Shown here: positions 51,553 to 64,000 of the stretch, in pieces | Layout: every line of letters starts with the position of its first letter | Numbering within the stretch: the first letter of the stretch is position 1 | Assembly (NCBI RefSeq): GCF_963853765.1 | Contig: NC_088855.1 | Coordinates: forward strand, 7,874,001-7,938,000 | Direction of reading: 5' to 3' | DNA: 64,000 nucleotides | DNA from: Magallana gigas | Taxonomy: Eukaryota | Position numbers and translations under genes: made by a program | The notes under the pieces: model-generated | Told to the model about the DNA's origin: nothing | Seen by the model: the letters and a program-made list of their open reading frames with translations, nothing else | The model's database searches: none

Positions 51553-53746
51553 TAATGCTTATATATTTACATTTTTTAACTTCTTGCCTTGTCTGCAAAT
51601 GTGATTCATACCTTAAAATTCCTATCTTATCCTAAGGGTAAGTTAATATTAATGGAAGAGCCACAGTAACAGCCACAAGCGTGAACTTTGATTTTCGCTT
51701 GTGACGTTGCAGTTTACAGCGTTCAACGTTTGTGACGTCATAATAAAACTCGTCAATTTGACCTTTGACTACTTGTTGCATTTAGAGGCATTTGAAGATC
51801 ACAGAATTTAATGGAAAAACACAGTAGAATGTAAATATATCTATATGAAGCCTAGATGCTATTGGGAGAAATACCGGAACTCTTAAAAGTTTTTGAGGTA
51901 AGAAAAAAAATTCTTTTTCTCAATTTTTGTTTAGATTGCTTTAGAATATAATTCATCCATATGTATATAATGACTGGTAAGTATATTGGTGTCTCATAAT
52001 ATCGCGGTACTTATTTTTTTCCCTAAAAAAAGATCGATATACCAAGTTATCATTTTCACATGTCATTAGTGCTGTTCAAAAAGCTTGCATTAGACTAGCT
52101 TTTTTGAGGAACATCAATTTCCCAACTTACGTAGTTTATTTTGTATGCTATTTTTAAATCAGAAGTCTTATTCACCTTCAAAATTAGAGAGTTCCATTGT
52201 GAAATCTGGAAGCCTGATTCAGTTATAGCGGACAGTTTTTATTTTTTAAAAATAAAATATGATTCTTTGTGAAAACAAAGTCACTTAAACTGGTTAGGGG
52301 ATGAAATATACATTCTATTATGCGTTTTATTTAGTTTTTTTCATCAGATACATTGTGGACTTTTAAACTTGCTTTCTCTCCGGAAAAAATTTTATTTGTG
52401 AGAAAAATTTTATTTGCCAATATATTTGACAACCTTCTTTGCATTCATCCTGAAGTTGGTGCATAAACTCATTGTGAAAAATCGCGGGAAAAATTCCCTA
52501 TTTTTTGGAACATACCGCGATACAACGGAACCCGCGATATAATGAGAAGAGAGTATATATAACGAACAAAATAAAATTGGAAAATTTGTTTTCAAGTTTC
52601 ACTTTTATGAGTGAGTTATACTTACGAGTCAACTTTCCCACCTTCAACCCAAAAGAAAATTTTTTAAGAGTGAAGGTGATTTTCTATGCAGTTGGGAATG
52701 TTTGTTTAAATTGTTGCCCGCCTATATGAACTGATTTGGGAGAGGTTTAAAGCGCTTGAGTCTTATTCTTTAAAATGCTTGCCCGCGAGTTAGGAACGTT
52801 TGTTCTGGAAAGATATCATTACGTATATAATGACTGGTGAGTATAACTCATTCTATTATTTCTTGTGAAGTGCAGATCACGAGTATGAATCGCTCGAGAC
52901 TTTTTTTTTATATTTACGTATACTGATATAAATTTTAGAAATCCATTTTTTAAAATCCAAAAACTGCTTTTGTTCGCCCATTTGACTTACTTACTTTTCA
53001 TGTATCATGCTATCTTTCACAATCAAATGATTTTCTGCTGATTTGAAAAACTATTTCAATGTGTAGTGAACCACTTTAAATGCAGTTATATTCCTGAAAT
53101 ACTTGCTACCGCATGAAGTACCAAAGAAACCATTATAAAAATTTAACACGATTATCACAGACATTAAATATTGAGATCTATATGCCATTTCTTTTACCAG
53201 AGCAACAGTGTCCAAATCTAAACAAAATCTGGCATAAGTATCTTTATAATCTAGAATACAAAACTCAACCATAGATTCCATTCCTAAATATTATTCTGTA
53301 TTTATTCATACCATATAATGGATAGTTTGATCCATATCAGTTTTATTAATTCTATATACTCTCTAGCTGTTCTTCACAAGAAGCTGTTTTGTGTTATATG
53401 TTAAACTGCACTGCAGTTTGAAAAAAAAGTAGCAATGTTTCATATTCTAGCTTGCTTCGATATCACTTGTAAAATTAATGACTCTGACACGTGAGCTAAA
53501 TCTTGGATTATCTGTTGCTTTTTTGTTTTGAAAATTTAAAACTGTTAATATTAAATAGTTCAGAATTTCATGAAAGTTATACTAAATGTATATCACTGTT
53601 ACATATATTCTTTCAATCTTCAGAAAGTCAAATGAAACATATGAGTACACTTGTTCTAATTCACTCTCTAAACCTCACACATGTTGGATAACATCTTTTC
53701 AAAAATAAAAAGATATCCAAACAAAGTCTTGGGTAAGAAATCAAAG

Positions 53747-56700
53747 TCAGAAAGAAGCTTGTTGGATTCTACTTTGTGGAACTTCCTCGATAAAATAACC
53801 TGGGCAGAAATACAAGTCCTTAGACAAGGTGTAGCTGCTCTCAGAAATCGCCACAAATTCTTTGTTCTGTTTGTTGTCTTTTGCCCTTCCTCGTGATACC
53901 AGCTGATTAACCTAAAATATCAAAAACATTGTCTTATAAACCTTAGTTCACATACACATAACAATCCAATGTAAACCTTTAAGTGCATGTTATAAATAAA
54001 TTTTCAATCTTTTTTTATCCAGTCCATGCAAGGAGCTTTTTAACAGATCAGGAGTAAAAGAACTCTCCAATTATTTTAATTCATTGAAATGTTTGCTATT
54101 TATTGCATTAGTTTTATATTTTTACAGGAAAAACTCAGATCCATAATGATATTTAATCATAAAACACAGTGAACAAATTGACAATTCATGTTACACAATA
54201 TATGGTGTATGTGTACCACAGATCTGGATCTCTGCTCTAAGTCTCACACTTAAATCTACTATGGTAAATGAGTAGCATTTATCTAACCACCTTATAACAA
54301 TAAGAGGAACATGAGGCAAAAGCCCAGTTGGAGACCTGGAAAATTCTTACCTTTGTAAGCATCTGATGAATGTCATTTGTATGAGAATATTTGGCAAAAA
54401 CGTAAGCTACAGCTGTCAGAAACCAGGACCCGTATATTTTGTTCCGATAGGAAACCATGCCTGTTCAAATTTCACATGTACAATTAAATGGAAAAATTTG
54501 ATGATGATGATTATGAAGATGATGATGATGATGATAATGACTATGATTTCAGCCCTGTCAGTTTTTATAGAGTACAGTAGTGAAGCACAATCGGTTTTCT
54601 TAAAGAGATATTACAATGCATAAGTAAATATTATGTGATGATAATGCTGTAGGTAATTATAAATATGAAGGTTGAGAAGATTTCACTATGAGAGGATTTT
54701 GGTTTTCATGATAAATAATGATGATGTGATGATTATTTTACAATGATGATAATTAAATATGGATGATGCATATATTATACTATTTAATATAAAAAAAATG
54801 AAAAAGCATGATGATGATGATAATGATGAAATAGGATGATCTGATAATCATATTATAATGATGGTTATACTATGATGATAATGATGATGATACAATGATG
54901 ACAATGAAGAAGTTAAAATTATTCAATTGTAACACATGACGTTGGGTGACAATGTATGAAAAACCAGTTGCAATAGCTCACCTGAGTCACTAATGTGATC
55001 TGAAATTTAACTTAACAGGAAACCTGAAGGATGAAAAATAAGGAATGATTCTAAGCAAAACTTACCTAAAGTTGATGCCATGGCAACAACCATGTGACTC
55101 ATTGTAGCTGTGACACTCTCACTTTTGGAATCTGAGACAGTGTTTAAGGACAAGTCCTTTAGTATTTCTCCTGTGGATTTTATTTCCTTTTCAATATCTG
55201 CAGCTGTCTCTTTCACACCTTCGTCTTTTGTTTCTAAATTCATATATAAGTAAAGCTAATCAATTTATTATCATTGATAAATTTCCTTTGCATACATATC
55301 TGACAATTCAATTCAAAATCAAACAATTAAATTCCAGGAACATATCTATGAATTTGTGACTATGGCCTAATGACTAAAAATCAGTTAGGGTCTACACATG
55401 TAGCTTCAAGTTTTAGAGTTACCATGAATGGCATGATATAAAGTTTTATTTTAAAGGCTCTACAAAAATGAAGTAAATTCATTAAATTACTGTAAAATCT
55501 GGAAACCATTTCAAATATTGAATTTCTGAACTTGATTTTTTTACTTCAAAATTAACAGCCCTATTCTCTAAGCCTTAGATATGCAACAAAAGGCTAAAGG
55601 GAGGACGGAAGTTGACATTATTGCGACATACTTTGGGTAATCCCTTCCAAATACTAGTACATGTATAGCATTCAAAGGCATCAGTTTTAATTTGATCAAC
55701 GTACAAGTTTGAAAACTGATGTTTTAACTTTTATCACACAAAGTTTATATAAACATGTTTATAAAGGCATACATTTTGAAAAATTGACACAAACACACAG
55801 AGCAGGGAAATCTCAGACCATTTACATAAATGTGACATTTTCCGTCCTCCCTTCAGCCTTTGTCACATATCTTAGGTAGTAGAAGCCAATTGAGGGGTGA
55901 TTATTAATAATGACAGGTGTAATACACTGTTCTGGTTGAATCAGATGTATGCTTAGGTGCTGAAGGACCGATCGGAAGATAGAGATGATCACAAAGTAAT
56001 TTTACTGATGAGTTTTAAGCAAAAATTCCACATGATGTGACAGTTTTAAACAAATCAAATATGGCGGCGATGTGTACCTTGTGTATTTTTTAGGGTATAG
56101 AGTGTATATATTAATACATATAAATGTCATGAGCCTGTGTAAAAGATGCATCATTTTATGAACGTTTAAATCCTTTAATATTTTCATTGTAGGCCTGAAA
56201 AGGGCTGTGTAGGCAGACAGACAGACTGGTGGACAGACAGATGGACAGACAGATGTACCTCCTCTACATGCTTGAATAAGAAGGACTTTGGGTTTGTCGG
56301 CCATTGCAGGGAAGTTCTCTCCATTCAACAGCATTTTGATTTCTTCTATGGAGACCGTTTTGCCGTCCACACCATATATCGCTCCTGACGTTCCATGAGT
56401 CATTATCACCAAAACAAAACAATCTGCTTTATGATGAAAATCTTTTTTCACCTCCTCTTTTAGTAACGCCTTGATTTCCTTGAATGAGAAAATTTACTTT
56501 CCAAAACTTTTTAATTGAATTAAATTTAATTAAATTTCTACATGTGATTCGATCATAAAGGGACCTACATATCAGTAATATGTAGGTGACATTATTACAC
56601 TAAGACCCACAACCATTTTCACATTAATTGACCCATTTAACCTCCACACTTAACTTTTGCCATTTTCATGAATCTTTCACTATTCTTATAAACATTTATC

Positions 56701-58479
56701 TTATTTTAGCACCTTTCACACTAAGTACTTAGTCTTGCCACTAAAAAAGTACAACACATATACACTACATCACATTATACAAGTATTATAATAGTTTAAA
56801 CATACTCATGTACTAGATTTGGAAATTGTCTGGTTAATGCAATGTCAAATACATGTATTAGCTAACACATCTGACAAATCGTTTTACATATACCAAATAA
56901 CCTTACAAGGAATGACTTGTATTTAAATTTGTAGCATAATGTGTTATGATAAAAAATCCTTCATCTCAGGAGTCATCTTAAGTCTATTTTTAGTAGCATT
57001 GCCATTTGCATTTTTTTCCACTCAATTGGTTTACCGGTACATGTACTTACTTCACCCTTTTTGTCCATATGTACATCAACAACAAAGAACATTTGTTCGA
57101 AGACCTCCTGAATTTTTCTCTCATCTTGTTCTGTTCCCTCGCGTGTTGCTAAGGTAACCCTTTTTTTACCATTTTCATCTTCTTCCAAAGGTCCGAAAAA
57201 AATCTTATTATTGATGATGAGGACCCTGCCTCTAGGTCTCCTACCCATTTTGTAACACTGTTAAAGTAAAACAAAAAATATATTGAGCTAAAAAAACAAT
57301 AACAAACCATGGACAACATCTGTCCGTCTGTCTGATGGACAACAAACAGAATAAGAATTGCACACATAATAAATGAGATTATTACTTTTCATTCTAATAC
57401 AGAAAATGTTAACTTAATGTAATAAATTGTGTAAAAGCCTCTGATATGTGCGATACAATAAAAATAATTAAAAACATTGATACCCCAGTTTTTTGGAACC
57501 TTGAAGCAGGGCATGTAAGAGGTTTGACAGTCAATCGTCCCTCTAAACTCAATGGATCTGGCCACGCTGAAAATAGAAAGAGTTTATTACACAAGGTACT
57601 GTAAAACTATTAAATTATATTGAGGTGTACGATATTTGGTAGATGATTTTTCAACAAGTTAGCATAGATTTGAATTTGCATATTAATTAATAATAAGTGT
57701 TTCAATTCTTATTCTAATATGTATGGCATTTAGCTATGAACTTGATTTAGCCACTTTTCTCCAATAAACACTAAATACCAAAAATAAACAGCCAAAAATA
57801 AGACCTTTTTATCTCCCTATTTGTTTATCTGTTTAGGTTTGTGAAGGATCGACTACCGTAAAGATAAACAAAGAGCAAGATAAAAGGTACCTATACATTT
57901 AATCAGGTTAGTTAACTGGTCTATATGTTAAAAAGATCATAATAAAGTCTCCGTGTACTTTGTGGGAGATCATCTTCTCCGTCTTCCTGCCGATGATGGG
58001 AATTGTTCTGTGGTGAGATTCCGGATTTCAGTTTAAGTGCAACATGATCATTATTTGTGTCCTGTAGTACTTTTATAAATATCTGGAATGCTTCGGGACC
58101 ACGTCTTGGTAATATGTCTAAAAGTTTTCTCACTTTCTTTTCTTTAAGTTTTTCAACCTAAAACAAGTACACACATGCATTTAAGACTCAGAGCAAAATA
58201 TATCTAATTTTGAGCTGTTCATAATCATGTTAGGCCTAACAATAAATTGTGCATTCATAGAATCTATGAAAAACAGACATGTAAAGTATCATAATGCCAT
58301 ATTTTATATATTTTGATTATTTAAAAAGTTTATTTGATCCATACTTCTACTTCATCTTTCATTCCTTCGGTGAAAATTTCATTTGAAAACAACTCGTTTG
58401 CAACATCATCAGGGTTGGCTATGTTTTTCACGAGGAACGTCCGATTTACTTGTAAGACCCTTCTGTCCGCATCCTCCAT
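53747..58479 (-). CDS. CARD-containing initiator-type caspase (caspase-2/9/CED-3-like), complement(join(58479..58345,58157..57959,57566..57484,57257..57051,56478..56259,55233..55066,54460..54351,53911..53747)), 428 aa
   Basis: All eight exons have GT/AG ends and compatible phases (1287 nt total). CARD-like N-terminus MEDADRRVLQVNRTFLVKNI...LLDILPRRGPEAFQIFIKVL. Catalytic motifs MTHG and QACRG. Substrate-pocket motifs R-x-GT-x2-D and VSYRN...GSWF. Confidence 0.93.
54499..54905. repeat. Degenerate (ATG/GAT)n low-complexity tract in caspase intron 6
   Basis: Repeated GATGATGAT and GATAAT runs. Confidence 0.85.
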
Positions 58480-58758
58480 TATCCAAGAGTTACGTGGACT
58501 TCAACACAACAACATTGGATTTAGAATACCATAAAAATATCAAAATTACCAGGATGTGTAACGTATTAAAAATAATACATGTATCATTGAATTGAACAGT
58601 TGAACATTTTGGAATCCGAATGAATCCTACATTGATCAATATGATCAAGCTGTCGAGATATGAATCAGAATTGAACCAATATAATAACATATATTGTATA
58701 AACTATTTGCTCTTTAACCCAAAAGCATATAAAACAGAAGGCAGATAAAAATACTCAC

Positions 58759-58834
58759 GCGATTCTAAATCTATCTCATATCGAAAGTGGAATTCCTTGG
58801 TCTATATTTAGATCAGAGTGAGGTGTCCGGAAGT
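58759..58834 (-). promoter_or_regulatory. Putative non-coding first exon and promoter of the caspase, with an ETS-type motif
   Basis: Minus-strand donor GTGAGT at 58758-58753. CCGGAAGT at 58827-58834. Inference only. Confidence 0.3.
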
Positions 58835-59004
58835 TTCGCCTCACAGAGAACTCGGCCTAAAGACACTTTGACCCAAGTTTTACGAATGGGCACTTTGGCC
58901 ATAATTTTTTTTTTTATCATTAAGGTCACTTAGTATTGAAGAAGTCAAAAAGTATTATGTTGCATGACTTGACCCGTTTAATTTGCCCACGATGGGGACT
59001 TGTA

Positions 59005-59141
59005 CAGCTGTATTCTCTTTTGAGAAGTGGACAGGCATAGCCTACATATGTATGTAGGCTATGCCTTTCCACTTCTCAAAAGAGAATAGATTTACATGTA
59101 GGCTATGCCTGTCCACTTTTCAAAAGAGAATAATACAGCTG
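59005..59141. repeat. Inverted repeat with one left arm and two right arms
   Basis: Left arm 59005-59046. Right arms 59053-59089 and 59093-59141. Confidence 0.85.
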
Positions 59142-59665
59142 TTGTACGTAAACTGATTGATAATTATTTCATTTAAAACAAATTTTAATTAAAAAATACT
59201 GCTGAGACCCTATATAATACGGAAAAGAACTCGTAAGTTGTTTTAAGTTGTTTCTAATTCTTCTGTTTATGTTGTATACAATAAAATATGTTCAATTGAA
59301 TTCATACAATACGTACACTTTCGTACTTTAATTTAATTGGTATTGTGAGACTTAATTATTAACGTTAGGCGTCTCTGGTTTGATGAAATTGTACTAATCA
59401 TACTGGGCTGACCTTCTAGCCTTTTTTCAACTTTATTTGTACACAGGTGATTTTACCCTTTTTATGCGGACTGGGTGGTCTTGGCCATTTTTAGACTATA
59501 TGAATCTCCTTCAAATGAAGAGCTCTGTATGGAGATATACGAAAATGTTAAAGATATTTTTTCTTTACTAACGTTAAATTATTATTCAATTTCGACCAAA
59601 AATTCATCCTAGTACATGATTTGTTTAAAGGTAGATCTGATGGTTAATTTGTTGATCATCCAACC

Positions 59666-60216
59666 TATGGCACGCCAAATTCACAAAAATGAGCTAAACA
59701 TGGTTTCACATTTGATAAAATAGGTTTATCGACTGTTAACTATATTTTGAGAACCGCAAACTGTAGTTAACAATTCGTTAACTATAGTTTTCATCTGTAA
59801 AACTATATTTAACGGTTGTAAACTATAGTTAACGAATGATAATCTAATTAAGTTTATCTTGACAGGTAATGATATATTTTGCTGATAAATATAGATTCAC
59901 ATCTGTAAACTATAATTTACATTCGTTAACTATAGGTAAAGTTGTTAATCATAGTTTCACAATCGGGAAACTATATTTATCAGATAAATCATGTTTTGCA
60001 ATTGCAAATGGTTGTTTTCAGTGTTAATATTAGTTTTACACTTCTGTAACATATATGATCGCGTTAACCATGGTTTACATATGTGAAATATAGATTAACG
60101 GCGTTAACTATAGTTTTCTGTCCGTAAACTAATATAATAGTTTACAACCGTTAAACCTAGTTTATCGACTGTGAAACTATATGATTATCTCATTTTTGTG
60201 AATTTGGCGTGCCATA
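59666..60216. mobile_element. About 550-bp MITE with 28-bp TIRs (including terminal TA) and internal AACTATAGTT subrepeats
   Basis: TATGGCACGCCAAATTCACAAAAATGAG ... CTCATTTTTGTGAATTTGGCGTGCCATA. Confidence 0.85.
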
Positions 60217-62362
60217 CCATCCTCCCTTACGTGTTGGGTTCAATGTTCAACACACACTATAAATGTTGTCTGTTTAGATATTGTTTGTGACAGTGTGTGT
60301 TTAATATTTTTGATTCTGCCTCAAACATTCTCTGACAAACGTCGTCACCATTTGAGTTGTTTGTTTGAGTAAGAATTATTGGTGACACTAATTAAAATCG
60401 AACAGTCACCCTGCAATACTATATTGATCACCATGTCATTCACACTAATGCAAATACAACGCCAATCCTTTTGTAAAGAACCTTTGTTACACTCCCTTAT
60501 TTTTACATTTACATGGTACAGTCTGTATGGTCAAAGGAGAGGGGATTAATTAGTCCAAACATGATATAACAACATCTAATTACAGACACAATGAACAGGT
60601 ATCATTTCAAATGAATGTACATGTACAATGTATCATTGTGTAAAGGCGCTAACCGACTGGAAAGCACAATGGATGCGGCTGTAGCATAATGAGAGCAAAA
60701 TAATGACTTGATATACTGATACATGTATTTTTGCATGGAATTATCTGTTATTGCAGTATATACTTATGTTTTTTTCAGAAGCAAAGGTAACATTCCTTGC
60801 CTGACGTGATGACGTCAGGCATAAGGCGTATCTTAGGTTTGAAAGTTGCAATTGCAGCCTCCGAAACAGTGCAAGCAAAGGAGATAAGCATAATCAATAT
60901 TTTTCATAAAACAGATTATACGATGCATGTTTCCCGTGTCAATATTTACATTTGTAATTAGGATATAATAAGCATTGGTGAGCAAGAGTAAGGTTCACCA
61001 TGCACGTTAGCCGTGTTTAGTTGGTGAAAGGGAGTTGGGGGGGGGGGTGTCATCGCAATAAGCTGTTACATGTAACCAGACCATTGTCTATTATGGTAGA
61101 GTATAAGTAGTAATTGATGACGGATTATCATTATTGAACAGTCATAAGCCTGAATTGGAGTAAAAAAATAATTCAATTAGTCTTGTACATATTCTTTCGT
61201 CAACAGCTAGGTCGTGCTTTGGATCGCGCGCATACATATATAAAATTACAATCCATTTACGTAAGAAATACAGGAAAACACACTTAGTGATGTAAATATA
61301 CCACAGCAGGCAACAACCATTTTATTTGTCTTATTGCAATTCGAAAAAACCAACCAAAAAAATCGATAATTGATATGCCCTTACAGAAAATGCTAGTCCG
61401 ATATTACAAAAATCCTTGTACTCCCTGCCTCGTCAAAATAAAGGAAGCAAAATAGGTGTCGAAATTTTCATCTAGATAGCAAGATAATTTTGCTTCGTTA
61501 TTTTCCCGAAAAACGGATTCATTGGGTAATAGGAAAAAAACTAGTTTTGCATAAATAGTAACTTTATTTTGCTTAAAATACTTCAATTCAAACAATGTAA
61601 ATAAGTTAATGATATTGCAACCAGATCGTCAATCATTGAATAAAAGATCATAACTCACATCGTGACACTGGTTTGGTCATACACACAGTGACTGATCATG
61701 ATGTTTTTGTATATATAATCGATAAAACAACAATGTAAATACTTTGGCAGTTAATTATATTATCAATGTACATGCATACATTATCATAGAAACAAATCAA
61801 CACAGAACTGAAATCCACATTTGGTATTCATATCTGCCTAAATACTAGTATTCTTTATAATACGTATAATTATACGGATGCTTCTCACAATGCAGGTAAA
61901 CGCCATAATACAATATAATTTAACATATATGTAATATCACTATTAAAAATTGTTTTTAAAGCACTTATGCTTTTTTAAAGATAGTATCGGTCCTATGACA
62001 CTCTAGGCTGTGCAGAGGTATGATAATTTGTCTGCACAGCCTGGTGTGCTATGGGGCCGACGATATCCAAAAATTAGCATACAATGCTTATATTTCCTTT
62101 GGCGTTTTTTGTATAAAATGCTTTTGTATCGTCGCTTTAAGTCATTATATATATCGTCTTTGTCAAGAATATGAATAATCGATGGAACAGCCATGAAACA
62201 CGCCATTTAGTGCGCTTCTGCGGCTATAAACATATACTTAGGAGTGTTAGAGACTTTGCAGGAAAAACTGTTTTGATATAAGTATATATCAAATTGTTAA
62301 GGTAGCTTTGAACGTTTCATTGACCCTAACGATAGTGTATCTATTCAACACGCATGATGACG

Positions 62363-62750
62363 TTTTACGACCTTGGGCTTTAGGTAAGATGTAACTATCT
62401 TTTTCTTGCATTAAAACATGTTAAAAATTGCACTGGTTTCAAGAAGTAAAATATGCACACATAGTCTTAGTCCAAAACCCAGACAAATCTTCCTGATTTC
62501 AAAGAGCTAGGCTGATTGGCTAGCAATGAAATAGACAGGACAACGTCACACTGATGTTTGACACTACCCAAAGTCCAAGCTCTTGTTAAAATGGCCTGGT
62601 GCTCTTACGCCGTGATCAGCTATGTCGTTATTTAAACAATAAAATGCTTTCTTTCGTGATTCATGAGGATATGAAGGTAGCGACATTGCAGAAAAAAATT
62701 GCATAAGCGGGTTATTTGTAATTTTTCTGCAAACATAGCTACCTCCCTAG
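62363..62750. mobile_element. Composite interspersed repeat related to the 47707 MITE and the 34629 palindrome
   Basis: Shares CTACCCAAAGTCCAAGCTC-TGTTAAAATGG with about 47908-47940 and AAACAATAAAATGCTTTCTTT-GTGATTCATG with 34629 onward. Confidence 0.7.
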
Positions 62751-63131
62751 TATGGAGAGGGATTACCGCCAAAAGTCTACGTATCTTGCTTTTTTCTTAT
62801 TATGCTTACTTCTTTATTCTTCAGTTTATCGTTTTATTGTTTTCATATCCATGACTAAAACAAAGAAATAAAAAGATAAATTGATGTCCCTGATTAATGA
62901 GTAGTAAACAATTAATGAATATGAATTTTACCGATATTGCCATACTAGTAAAGGATAGACGTATTATTTATGAAGAAGCAAACAAGTCAGCGACAGTCAA
63001 AAAGAATGAAACAATCAACCAATAGGAATTTTTAATACAAAACTCGTATTGGGACTAAGCGATGCATCAACGACATAAAAAGTAAGTGGTGACAGTGATG
63101 AATGGTCAGACAGACAGACACACTGACGACG

Positions 63132-63326
63132 TCAAACAATTAAATCCTCCATCGGATTGACGTCCGTGGTTGACGATTGGGATTTGGAGATCAGGGTGCT
63201 GCTAGAATCTGTCAATAAGGTTCCAGTCCTTTTCTTCTTTGGCACAAATTTGCAAACCATGCTATCGTTGAATTCGTCCATATCATCTCGGCCTTTCAAC
63301 CAATAGGTCACCATTTTCCCCTTTCC
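63132..63326 (-). CDS. Terminal coding exon of a class III nucleotide cyclase, probably a guanylate cyclase; upstream exons were not found here and probably lie beyond the window end
   Basis: Acceptor TTTTTAAG followed by GKGKMVTYWLKG, the conserved (V)KGKG-x-M-x-TYWL end of the cyclase catalytic domain, then a Ser/Thr-rich tail and stop. Confidence 0.75.
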   Translation of the reverse strand, partial: GKGKMVTYWLKGRDDMDEFNDSMVCKFVPKKKRTGTLLTDSSSTLISKSQSSTTDVNPMEDLIV

Positions 63327-64000
63327 CTTAAAAAGGATAGAAGTTGTAAAAAATAGTTTGATGGGAAAGAGGAGAACGAAACATATTTGATGGAAATCTG
63401 TTTACAATCTTGAATAAGTAAAGAAATAATTAAAATCCATATTTATGTAAATAGGAGATATAAATAAACCAAACGACAACGAAGTTTCTGTACCCCAAAC
63501 TACTACTACGGTATTTTTTCCAAAAAGAACATACTAATTTGTTGATGAATGAACTTGCCATGCAGTTAACCGTTTCTTTTACATAATTTGATTAGTGTGT
63601 TACTGCGACTTTCCCCATAACTTTCAGCCTTAAAATGCAATGCTACATGAAGCATTTATAAGCGCATTATCTTATGGCCCTGCCCCTATTGTCACGTATG
63701 ATCTCATGTCCCAACTCTAACATCCACGATGTCTCTCAGGATCCATCTTCATTATTGCAAGTCCATTCAACGTCTCATTATTTGTACTATCTGAAGACAT
63801 ATTGCTTTATACATGTAGTTATCTCAAGACTCAATCATTATTTATTTATCCTCGCGCGGTCTGGTCCATTTTGCTACAAGTTCTCTCTTGGACCCACCCT
63901 CATGGCCCAACCTTTGGCTTTTATGGCCTTATTCTCTATTATCAAGAGTCTTATCATTACGTCAGCCCTAGTGTTACATGTAGATGTCTTTCACGACGGC

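Noticed and set aside
54366-54623. Met-rich plus-strand ORF
   Set aside because: It is antisense to caspase exon 7 and runs into an (ATG)n tract.
60799-60822. Palindrome TGCCTGACGTGATGACGTCAGGCA containing a CRE motif
   Set aside because: It is about 2.3 kb from the caspase ATG, and nothing links it to a gene. It could be a repeat fragment.

Overview
AT-rich, intron-containing animal genomic DNA, most likely from a bivalve mollusc (oyster-like, inferred from gene families and repeat content). No rRNA, tRNA or CRISPR array was seen. Reconstructed genes, checked by GT/AG boundaries and frame: (1) a plus-strand SH3-domain protein (7.2-10.8 kb); (2) a minus-strand yippee-like (YPEL) gene with four coding exons (20.6-25.0 kb), in which the 5' splice sites of coding exons 1 and 2 are each tandemly multiplied; (3) a minus-strand cluster of four two-exon genes for small secreted 12-Cys, His-rich peptides resembling I84/Cvsi-type inhibitors (35-46 kb); (4) a decayed DIRS-type retroelement with a nested MITE (47.5-50.6 kb); (5) an intact 8-coding-exon CARD-caspase (53.7-58.5 kb); (6) the last coding exon of a nucleotide (probably guanylate) cyclase (63.1-63.3 kb). 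Intergenic DNA is rich in fold-back elements and MITEs, minisatellites (one of 1.6 kb with a 715-bp higher-order duplication) and microsatellites. The palindrome TACATGTA occurs at least 37 times. The strongest leads are the His/Cys-rich peptide cluster, the YPEL donor arrays and the TACATGTA excess.
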